DNA of 64,000 bases from Alphaproteobacteria bacterium (GTDB taxonomy: Bacteria > Pseudomonadota > Alphaproteobacteria > Bin95). The DNA lies in contig CBDBGH010000003.1 of assembly GCA_965205265.1 (NCBI GenBank), positions 2,624,001 to 2,688,000 of the forward strand. The letters run 5' to 3'. The position numbers were made by a program, and so were the translations under genes. The notes below the pieces were generated by a model, which saw only the letters and a list, made by a program, of their open reading frames with translations, searched no databases and had not been told where the DNA came from. Shown here in pieces: positions 13,811 through 21,442 of the stretch (its first letter is position 1; the number at the start of each line of letters is the position of its first letter).

Positions 13811-14443
13811 GTGATCGCCGATATCGTCGATTTCTGGCTGGCCGACAGCCTGGACAGCCCGGAGCGCGCCACGGCGCGGCGCGACTGGTGGTACAGGGGC
13901 GGCCCGGAGGCGGATGACGAGATCCGCCGGCGCTTCGGCCATCTTGTGCCGCGCGCCTGCGACTGCGACCCGGAGATCATGGCCTGGCGGGAGACGCCCG
14001 ACGGCGCGCTCGCCCTCATCCTGCTGCTCGACCAGTTCACGCGGAACATCCACCGCGGCACAGTCGAGGCCTATGCAGGCGACGCCCCGGCCTTCGAGAT
14101 CGTGGAACATGCCACCGACCGCGGGCTGGACCGGGCGCTGCATCCGGTGGCCCGCATCTGGCTCTACCACCCCTTCCACCATTCAGAGGCGCTTGCCGAA
14201 CAGGACCGGGGCCTCGACCTCCTGCGCGCCCTCAGGCAGGAGGCCGATCCGGCATGGCGGGCCTATGTGGACCGGAGCATCCAGGGCTGGACGCGCCACC
14301 GCGACATCGTCGCCCGCTTCGGCCGCTTCCCGCACCGCAACGCCGTGCTGGGCCGCCCGAGCACGCCCGAGGAAGAGGCGCATATGGCGGAGGGCGGGGA
14401 GAGCTTCGGCCAGGGGTTGCAGGCGGGCGGCGCAAGGACGTAA
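13811..14443 (+). CDS. DUF924 family protein
   Basis: LALILLLDQFTRN, PFHHSE, H.DIV.RFGRFPHRNAVLGR.STPEE; GTG start 7 nt after the BVMO stop. Confidence 0.88.
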   Translation: MIADIVDFWLADSLDSPERATARRDWWYRGGPEADDEIRRRFGHLVPRACDCDPEIMAWRETPDGALALILLLDQFTRNIHRGTVEAYAGDAPAFEIVEHATDRGLDRALHPVARIWLYHPFHHSEALAEQDRGLDLLRALRQEADPAWRAYVDRSIQGWTRHRDIVARFGRFPHRNAVLGRPSTPEEEAHMAEGGESFGQGLQAGGART

Positions 14444-14488
14444 CCCGAGCCGGGCGCCCGGCGCCGCCGGGATAACACCGGGCGGCTG

Positions 14489-15661
14489 TCAGGCCGGCTT
14501 CCGGAGCCCGAAGACCTCGATCAGCTTGTCGAGCCCCTTCACCGGATGGAAACCCAGGGACCGGACGGGCGTGCCGGCCCATTCGGCGACCGGCGCGGTA
14601 ATCAGCACGGATTCGCCGAGCGGCCGGCACAGGTCCTGGACGCGGCTGGCGATATTGACGGTCGGCGCGATGACCGTGAAATCGAGCCGGTCCGGGCTTC
14701 CGACATTGCCATAGGTGACGGCGCCGATATGGAGTCCGATGCCGGTCTCCAACGCTTCGAGGCCGTCGCGCCGGCGTTCGGCGTTCAACGCGGCGAGGCC
14801 GGTATTCGCCCCGATAGCAGCCGCAAGCGCGGCGCGGCACCGATCCGCGCGGCTCTTGCCGCTTTCTACAGGAAAGATCGCGAGCACGCCGTCGCCGATG
14901 AACTTCAGCACGTCGCCGCCCTCGGCATGGACCGACCGGACGACGGCATCGAAATAGGCGTCCAGCGCATGCAGGAGCGCCGCCTCACTCCAGCTCTCGG
15001 ACTTGGCCGTAAAGTCGCGCAGATCGGAAAACAGCACCACGGCTTCAATGACCCTGTGTTCGCCGCGCAGGATCGTCCCGTCGCCGACCGCCTTCGCCGG
15101 CCCGGCGCCGAGATATGTCCGCAGCAGGCTCTCGGACGAGCGGCGCATGGCGAGCGGCTCGAAGGCGGCGGCCAGGGCGTGGCGGGTATCGGCGATCAGG
15201 TCGAGATGCGCTTGCGCGAACCCGCCCGGATCGGCGGTCACGAAGCTGCAGGCCTGTGCGGAGCCGTCGCCATATTCGAGCGCCATGGCCAGAAAATCGG
15301 TGCCGCCGGCGGCCGCCAGTTCGCGATACGCGCTGTGGTCCGTCTCCGGATCCAGCCCGACCAGACGCTTGCGCAGGATCGACCGGTCGGCGATCACCCG
15401 CTGGAACGGGCTGCCCTCCCAGGCGCCGGTATCCAGCACCCCCCGCCGAATGGTGTATTCGGACGTTTCCTCAGGCGTCCAGATCACGCCCCAGGCCGAT
15501 AGCAGCGGATTGGCCAGATGCTGGCCGATGCGCACCCGGGCAAGCGGCGCCCCGGCTGCTACAAGGCGGCGCGCATAGCCTTCACCGATAGCAACCCCAT
15601 CGGACAGCAGCCGGCCTTCGCCGATGAGCCATTCGTTGAGTTCGTCAACGACCGTCGGCAT
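14489..15661 (-). CDS. Adenylate/guanylate cyclase (class III) domain protein
   Basis: LFSDLRDFT, LKFIGDGVLAIF, GNVGSPDRLDFTVI...VN.ASR. Confidence 0.9.
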   Translation of the reverse strand: MPTVVDELNEWLIGEGRLLSDGVAIGEGYARRLVAAGAPLARVRIGQHLANPLLSAWGVIWTPEETSEYTIRRGVLDTGAWEGSPFQRVIADRSILRKRLVGLDPETDHSAYRELAAAGGTDFLAMALEYGDGSAQACSFVTADPGGFAQAHLDLIADTRHALAAAFEPLAMRRSSESLLRTYLGAGPAKAVGDGTILRGEHRVIEAVVLFSDLRDFTAKSESWSEAALLHALDAYFDAVVRSVHAEGGDVLKFIGDGVLAIFPVESGKSRADRCRAALAAAIGANTGLAALNAERRRDGLEALETGIGLHIGAVTYGNVGSPDRLDFTVIAPTVNIASRVQDLCRPLGESVLITAPVAEWAGTPVRSLGFHPVKGLDKLIEVFGLRKPA

Positions 15662-16934
15662 CGCCCTTTCCGGCCTCCGCGTCTTCCGCCGGCCCCGCCA
15701 GCTCCGGCGCCTGAAGTGTTCGGGGCTCGGTCTCCAACTGCTCCAGCGGCGCAATGGTGTCGCTTGCCGAAACGACGCCCAGCCCCTCCAGCTTCCGCGC
15801 CGACGGCAATACCTGCCGCTCCAGCGTGCCGACGCCCCTGTTGTAGCGGTCCACCGCCTGCCGCAGGGACTTGCCGACATCCTCCATGCGGCCGCCGAAC
15901 CGCTTCACGCGCTCATACAGCTCCCGCCCGGTTTCCGCGACCGCCCGGGCATTGTCGGCCAGCCTCTCCTGCTGCCATCCATAGGCGACCGCCTTCACCA
16001 GCGCGATCAGCGTTACAGGCGTCGCGATCAGCACCTTGTTCTTCACGGCCTCGTCGAAAAGCTCCGGGTCGCGCTCGAACGCAGCGGCGACAAACGCATC
16101 GCCGGGTATGAACATGACGACAAGGTCAGGCGATCCCGGCAGGGCGTTCCAGTATTCCTTCGATGACAGCGAACGGATGTGGCCGCGAACATGCTTCGCC
16201 AGCGAATCGAGGTCGGTAGCCCGCTTCTTCTCATCCTCCGTTGCGAAGGCGTCCAGATAGGCTTGCAACGGCGCCTTTGCGTCCACCGCGATGGATTTGC
16301 CGCCGGGCAGGCGTATCACGGCGTCGGGCCTGAGCACCCCGCCCTCGCCCTGCAAGCTGGCCTGCTCGTCGAAATCGACATGCTCCATCATGTCCGCCAT
16401 TTCGAGCACATTCCGCAGTTGGCGCTCGCCCCACCTGCCCGCTCCCGCCGGTCTGCGCAGCGCCTGCACAAGGCGGCCGGTCTCGTCCCGCAACGCCGAT
16501 TGGCCCGCAATAAGGGCCTTCACCTGCTCGGTAATCCCGCCATAGGCTTCCTTGCGCGACTTCTCCAGTTCCTGTGCGCGTTCCTCGACCTTCTTCAACT
16601 CCTCGCGGATCGGCTTGACCAGCGCGGCGACGGCCTCCTCGCGCGCCTTCAGGTCCTTGTCCGCCTCGACCTTGTGCGACTGGAACCGTTCGCTCACAAG
16701 GCGCAGGAAGGAGTCGCTGTTCCTGCCGAGCGCCTCGGCGGCGAGCGCCGTGAACCGCGTCTCGGCCTCGCCGCGCGCTTTCTCGATCTCCTCCAGACGC
16801 GCGGCATGGGCCTGGCGCTCGGCTTCGAGGCCCGCTTCCGCCTTTCCGGCGCGGCTGCGGGCCGGGGCGGCGAAGAGGAACCAGACGAGCGCGGCACCCC
16901 CGAGCGCGCACAGGACGGGCAGCCAGATTTCCAT
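15645..16934 (-). CDS. rmuC: DNA recombination protein RmuC
   Basis: N-terminal TM helix, coiled coil, GRWGE.QL, RPD.VI.LPG, VDAKAPL, L.SKEYW, MFIPGD, ATP.TLIAL. Confidence 0.93.
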   Translation of the reverse strand: MEIWLPVLCALGGAALVWFLFAAPARSRAGKAEAGLEAERQAHAARLEEIEKARGEAETRFTALAAEALGRNSDSFLRLVSERFQSHKVEADKDLKAREEAVAALVKPIREELKKVEERAQELEKSRKEAYGGITEQVKALIAGQSALRDETGRLVQALRRPAGAGRWGERQLRNVLEMADMMEHVDFDEQASLQGEGGVLRPDAVIRLPGGKSIAVDAKAPLQAYLDAFATEDEKKRATDLDSLAKHVRGHIRSLSSKEYWNALPGSPDLVVMFIPGDAFVAAAFERDPELFDEAVKNKVLIATPVTLIALVKAVAYGWQQERLADNARAVAETGRELYERVKRFGGRMEDVGKSLRQAVDRYNRGVGTLERQVLPSARKLEGLGVVSASDTIAPLEQLETEPRTLQAPELAGPAEDAEAGKGDADGR

Positions 16935-17032
16935 GCGTTCTCCTGTTTTTGCCGCAAGCGGGGATAGACGAAAGCCTTCCCGCCGGCAATGCGGAGCGCC
17001 TACACTGGCGCCTCGGCAATCGGGAGGCGGGC

Positions 17033-17896
17033 ATGGCGGAACTGGACGCCGCTGAGCGGGACTTCTTCTGGGAGCATGGCTATGTCGTGGTGGAGGACGC
17101 GGTGGACGCCTCCCTGCTGGCCGAGCTCCGGCGCGATTTCGCCGGCTGGGTGGAGGAAAGCCGCCGGCATGGCGAGCCATACGGCGACACCGCCGACGGG
17201 CGGCCCCGATTCGACCTGGAGCCCGGCCATTCGGCGGACCGGCCGGGGCTCCGGCGCGTCAACGCGCCTATCGAGGTGTCGGACGCCTATTTCCGCGCGA
17301 CCGCCGACAGCCGGATGACCGACTGCGTGGCGGACCTCATCGGCCCCGCCGTCAAGCTGCACCACACCAAGATCAACTCCAAGCTGCCCGGCGGGCACAC
17401 GGAGGTGAAGTGGCACCAGGACTTCCCCTTCACGCCGCACAGCAATGCCGACATCGTGACGGCGCTGTTGATGGTGGACGAAGTGACGGAGGAGAACGGT
17501 CCGCTCAAGGTGCTGCCCGGCTCGCACCGGGGGCCGATCCACGGGCTCTGGCACGGCGGCGCATTCACCGGCGCGGTCGCCGACGAGGTGGCCGCCGAAT
17601 CGGAGAAGGCGGCGGCGATCTGCACGGGGCCGGCGGGCGCCGTCTGCCTGATGCACACGCGCCTCCTGCACGGCTCCGAGCCCAACCGCTCCACCCGGCC
17701 GCGCACCTTGCATATCTCGGTCTATAGCGCGGAGGACGCCGTGCCGAGCTCGCCCAACCCGGTGCCCAACCGCTATGAGGGCCTGATGGTTCGGGGCGAG
17801 CGCAGCGGCCGCATCCGCTCCACCGCCTTCGAGCTGCAACTGCCCCAACTCCCGACCACGGCCTCTTTCTTCGACCAGCAGGCGAAACACGGGTAG
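17033..17896 (+). CDS. Phytanoyl-CoA dioxygenase (PhyH) family Fe(II)/2-oxoglutarate dioxygenase
   Basis: WHQD, ENGPL.VLPGSH, LLHGS.PN.S..PR; RBS GGGAGG. Confidence 0.9.
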   Translation: MAELDAAERDFFWEHGYVVVEDAVDASLLAELRRDFAGWVEESRRHGEPYGDTADGRPRFDLEPGHSADRPGLRRVNAPIEVSDAYFRATADSRMTDCVADLIGPAVKLHHTKINSKLPGGHTEVKWHQDFPFTPHSNADIVTALLMVDEVTEENGPLKVLPGSHRGPIHGLWHGGAFTGAVADEVAAESEKAAAICTGPAGAVCLMHTRLLHGSEPNRSTRPRTLHISVYSAEDAVPSSPNPVPNRYEGLMVRGERSGRIRSTAFELQLPQLPTTASFFDQQAKHG

Positions 17897-17897
17897 C

Positions 17898-17929
17898 CCG
17901 CGATCCGTTCGGGTTGGAACGGACCGCGG
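17898..17929. terminator. GC-rich hairpin between convergent genes, possible terminator
   Basis: CCGCGATCCGTTC-GGGTTG-GAACGGACCGCGG, one mismatch (G-U on the minus strand); no clear U tract. Confidence 0.4.
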
Positions 17930-17933
17930 TCAG

Positions 17934-18014
17934 CGTCGCCCCGGCTCCGAGCCGGGGCCTTCATGAAATGTAGCTCTTGCGGCGCGAGGCCCCGGCTCAG
18001 GGGCCGGGGCGACG
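17934..18014. repeat. REP/RIME-like double-palindrome extragenic element
   Basis: Outer IR CGTCGCCCCGGC (17934-17945) / GCCGGGGCGACG (18003-18014); inner IR GAGCCGGGGCCT (17949-17960) / AGGCCCCGGCTC (17987-17998); each half is itself a hairpin. Confidence 0.7.
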
Positions 18015-18041
18015 ATCTCGGGCCCGGATCGGGGCTACGCC

Positions 18042-18164
18042 CTAATTCCGCACAGCCGGCCCGGCGGTAGTCTCGGCGGTCGAGAAGCCGGAATAGTCGA
18101 GCGCCAGGTCGGCGGCCACGGCGATGACGGCCATGGCCAGGAAGGCAATCAGCATGGCTCTCAT
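18042..18164 (-). CDS. Small (40 aa) single-TM protein ending the fdh operon
   Basis: MRAMLIAFLAMAVIAVAADLALDYSGFS...; ATGA overlap with the cytochrome c stop; GGAGG RBS upstream. Confidence 0.7.
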   Translation of the reverse strand: MRAMLIAFLAMAVIAVAADLALDYSGFSTAETTAGPAVRN

Positions 18165-19471
18165 CTCTGGCGTCCTCCTTCCTTCGTCGCGTGCTTCAGG
18201 AACGCGATCAGGTCGTCGCGGTCCGCGGGCTTCGCGATCCGCTGCATCGGCATCTTGGTGCCGGGCACGAACCGGTCCGGGCCCTCGTCGAACAGCGCAT
18301 CGATGGTGTCCTCGTTCCACACGAACTCCGCCTCGCGCAACGTCCGCGAATACTTATAGCCCGAAACGCCGCCGGCCGGGCGCCCGAAAATGCCGAACAG
18401 GGTCGGACCCGCCCGCCGGAGCCCTTCCGGGCCGAGCGTGTGGCAGATCGAGCATTTGCGCTGGAACTGGCGCTCGCCATTGCCCATGCTCGCCGGGTCG
18501 CGCAGGAAGCTGCGCTCCTTGCCGCCCATCAGCCCGCCCGAGCCCAGCGCCGCGACCGGCCAGCTGTAGAGCGCATCGTCTATGCCGGCGGCGAGGATGT
18601 CCTGCCCGTCGGCCGAGAACGCAAGCGCCCAGACCGGCCCGCGCAGCGCCGCGCGGAAGTCCCGGAGCACCGTCCAGGCCCGGCTGTCGATGACCTTGAT
18701 GAAGCCCTCGCCGTCGCCGACCGCGAGCCTGTCGCTCTCGGCATCGAAGGCCATGGCCAGGATCGGCCGGCGCTGGAGGGTGAAATCGGCGATCTCGCGG
18801 GCGCTCTCCAGGTCGAGAACGCGGGTTGCGCCGTCCACCCCGCCATAGGCGAGCCAGCCGGCCTCCTCGTCGAGCGCCAGCGTGTTGATGCCGAAGCGCC
18901 CTTTCAGCATGTGCCGCATCTGGACGCCGCGCGCAACGTCCCAGACGCGGATCGTCCCGTCGGTCGAGCCCGAATAGAGCCGCGCGCCGTCGGCGGAGAA
19001 CACGACATCGTTGACGCCGGCGCCATGGCCCTCCAGGAACCGCGCCGGGGCGCCCGACACGGGCCAGAGGCCGATGCGCCCGTCCCAGCTTGCGGAGGCG
19101 ACCAGGCTCCGGTCCGGCGAGAGCGCGAGCGACACCACCTTCGCCCTGTGGCTGCCGAGGCGCTCGGAAACGCCGCGCTCCAGGTCCCAGAGCCGGACAT
19201 GGTTGTCGTCGCCGGCTGACACGGCCGTCGAGCCGTCGATGAAGCGCACCGCGTTCACCGCCGCATCGTGCGCCTCCAGCCAGACCGGCGCGCCCGCCTG
19301 CCAGAGACCCACGGAATAGTCGAAGCTCGCGGTAAGCAGGCGGCTTCCGTCCGGCGAGACGGCGATGCCTCGCACCGGGCCGCCATGACCGGTCAGCTTG
19401 AAGAAATCCCCGGCCGGGGCGCCGGCCGAGGGCAGCAGAGCCAAGACCGCCAGAAGGAACCGGAGACGCAT
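18161..19471 (-). CDS. Periplasmic WD40 beta-propeller fused to a class I cytochrome c
   Basis: Signal peptide; several GH...WD-type repeats; CSICH heme motif, GPTL.GIFGR, PGTKM. Confidence 0.88.
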   Translation of the reverse strand: MRLRFLLAVLALLPSAGAPAGDFFKLTGHGGPVRGIAVSPDGSRLLTASFDYSVGLWQAGAPVWLEAHDAAVNAVRFIDGSTAVSAGDDNHVRLWDLERGVSERLGSHRAKVVSLALSPDRSLVASASWDGRIGLWPVSGAPARFLEGHGAGVNDVVFSADGARLYSGSTDGTIRVWDVARGVQMRHMLKGRFGINTLALDEEAGWLAYGGVDGATRVLDLESAREIADFTLQRRPILAMAFDAESDRLAVGDGEGFIKVIDSRAWTVLRDFRAALRGPVWALAFSADGQDILAAGIDDALYSWPVAALGSGGLMGGKERSFLRDPASMGNGERQFQRKCSICHTLGPEGLRRAGPTLFGIFGRPAGGVSGYKYSRTLREAEFVWNEDTIDALFDEGPDRFVPGTKMPMQRIAKPADRDDLIAFLKHATKEGGRQR

Positions 19472-19487
19472 GGCCGGGCGCCCGGCG

Positions 19488-20705
19488 TCATTCCGCCGCC
19501 GGCGGCGCCTCATGGGCGGGATGGGCCGGCTCGCCCGTCTCCTCCTCGAACCAGAGCGAATGGTGCTCCCTCGCCCATTGCCGGTCCACCTCGCCCGATT
19601 CCATGGCGTCGAACGCGCCCTCCATCCCGATCGAGCCGAGATAGATATGCGCGATGATGATGGCGATGAAGACGAAGGCGACGATGGAGTGCCAGAGCTG
19701 GGCGTATTGCATCTCCTCATGCGGGGAGAGCTGCGCCGGCAGTTCGCCGAAGCCCAGCGCCTGCGAAATGCCGAGCGCGTTCAATATCTCGAAGGTCTTG
19801 GCGAACATCGGCAGCTCGAACGGGAACAGCAGCGACAGGCCGGAGGCCGAAATCGAGATACCGAGGATGACGACGACCCAGAAGACGATCTTCTGGCCGG
19901 CGTTGAATTTCCGCGCCGGCGGGTGGCTGCCGCGCATGAAGAGCCCGCCGCCCTTCGCCATCCAGACGAGGTCGGCGCGGTTCGGAATGTTGTGGACGAT
20001 CCAGAACACGAACACCCAGACAACCGCCAGCATGAAGGCCCAGGCGACGTTGTTGTGGACCCATTTGGACGCGAGCGCGATGGGCGCGAAGGCGTCCTTG
20101 CCGAGCAGCGGGATCAGCAGCGGGCGCCCGAACAGCGTGATGAGCCCGCTGATCGCCAGCAGGATGAAGGAGCCCGCCAGCAGCCAGTGCCCGAACCGCT
20201 CGAGCGCGTTGAAACGAAGAATGGTCTCGCCCGTCCGGCCGCCGTCTATGCGGATCGGCCCGCGGAGCAGCAGGAACAGCGCCAGCAGGCCGACCATGCC
20301 GGCGAGCAGCCAGCCGCCCCACTCGCGCAGCGGCCCCTTGCGCCATTCGAGCCAGCGCATGCCGCCGTCCTGGATGATGATTTCGGCAGCAGGCCCCTTC
20401 GCCGAGACCGTCACATCGGCGCCGCCATAGCGCAGCGCCCGGAAGACTTCCGCATCGGAGGCGCCGCCGAGCGTGCCGAGCTGCATGCGGATGCCCGCGG
20501 CGCGCGCCGGGTCGCCCACGGCCTCGCGGCGGAAGCGGTCGTCGATGCGCTCGCCCCGCTGGCGGGCCCGGATGTCCTCCAGCGTTTGCGCGCCGCCGGT
20601 CGCGGCCCTCGGGTCGCTGTCGGCAGTTTGCTGCGCTGCGGACGGCGAAGCCGCCAGCAGCAGCGCGGCGAAGATCGTGAGCATCGGCAGGCGCAGCAGC
20701 GTCAT
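19488..20705 (-). CDS. fdhC: Formate dehydrogenase gamma subunit (cytochrome b) with N-terminal periplasmic extension
   Basis: RF...ERFGHW, KWVHN, KFNAGQK, AHIYLG, WA.EHH.LW. Confidence 0.92.
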   Translation of the reverse strand: MTLLRLPMLTIFAALLLAASPSAAQQTADSDPRAATGGAQTLEDIRARQRGERIDDRFRREAVGDPARAAGIRMQLGTLGGASDAEVFRALRYGGADVTVSAKGPAAEIIIQDGGMRWLEWRKGPLREWGGWLLAGMVGLLALFLLLRGPIRIDGGRTGETILRFNALERFGHWLLAGSFILLAISGLITLFGRPLLIPLLGKDAFAPIALASKWVHNNVAWAFMLAVVWVFVFWIVHNIPNRADLVWMAKGGGLFMRGSHPPARKFNAGQKIVFWVVVILGISISASGLSLLFPFELPMFAKTFEILNALGISQALGFGELPAQLSPHEEMQYAQLWHSIVAFVFIAIIIAHIYLGSIGMEGAFDAMESGEVDRQWAREHHSLWFEEETGEPAHPAHEAPPAAE

Positions 20706-20785
20706 CTTCCTGTACTCCCGATGAAACCGGCCGGAATCGGTGGCGGTGAGGGGCGCGGCCCCTCCCGCAAATTCAGCATGAGAAC

Positions 20786-20819
20786 CGGCCGGCCCCGCAG
20801 AAGCTTGCGGGGCCGGCCG
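20786..20819. other. Perfect 14-bp intercistronic hairpin between the fdh beta and gamma genes
   Basis: CGGCCGGCCCCGCA-GAAGCT-TGCGGGGCCGGCCG. Confidence 0.6.
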
Positions 20820-20831
20820 TTATCCAGGGCG

Positions 20832-21428
20832 TCAGGAGCCCTTCTGGCCGTAGGCGGTGCCCCAGCCCCAGGCGCCGGACCCGAAGCCCCGGGCCACCAC
20901 GCGCTCGCGGTAGATGCCCGAGAGGACATCGCCGTCGCCCGCCAGCAACGCCTTGGTCGAGCACATCTCGGCGCAGATCGGCAGCTTGCCTTCCGCGATC
21001 CGGTTGCGCCCGTATTTGGCGAACTCGGCGGTGGAGTGAGTCTCTTCCGGACCGCCGGCGCAGAAGGTGCACTTGTCCATCTTGCCCCGGGACCCGAAAT
21101 TGCCCGCCTGCGGGAACTGCGGCGCGCCGAACGGGCACGCATAGAAGCAGTAGCCGCAGCCGATGCAGAGGTCCTTGGAGTGGAGGACCACCCCTTCCTC
21201 GTTCTGGTAGAAGCAGTCCACCGGGCACACGGCCATGCAGGGCGCATCCGAACAGTGCATGCACGCCACGGAGATCGACCGCTCGCCCGGCTTGCCATCG
21301 TTGATGGTCACCACCCGGCGCCGATTGATCCCCCACGGCACCTCATGCTCGTTCTTGCATGCGGTGACGCAGGCGTTGCACTCGATGCAACGTTCGGCGT
21401 CGCAGAGAAACTTAGCTCTCGCTCCCAT
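20832..21428 (-). CDS. fdhB: Formate dehydrogenase beta (iron-sulfur) subunit
   Basis: Four Cys clusters: CIECNACVTAC, CMHCSDAPCMAVCP, CIGCGYCFYACP, KCTFC...CAEMC. Confidence 0.95.
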   Translation of the reverse strand: MGARAKFLCDAERCIECNACVTACKNEHEVPWGINRRRVVTINDGKPGERSISVACMHCSDAPCMAVCPVDCFYQNEEGVVLHSKDLCIGCGYCFYACPFGAPQFPQAGNFGSRGKMDKCTFCAGGPEETHSTAEFAKYGRNRIAEGKLPICAEMCSTKALLAGDGDVLSGIYRERVVARGFGSGAWGWGTAYGQKGS

Positions 21429-21442
21429 CTCCTTCTCCTCCC

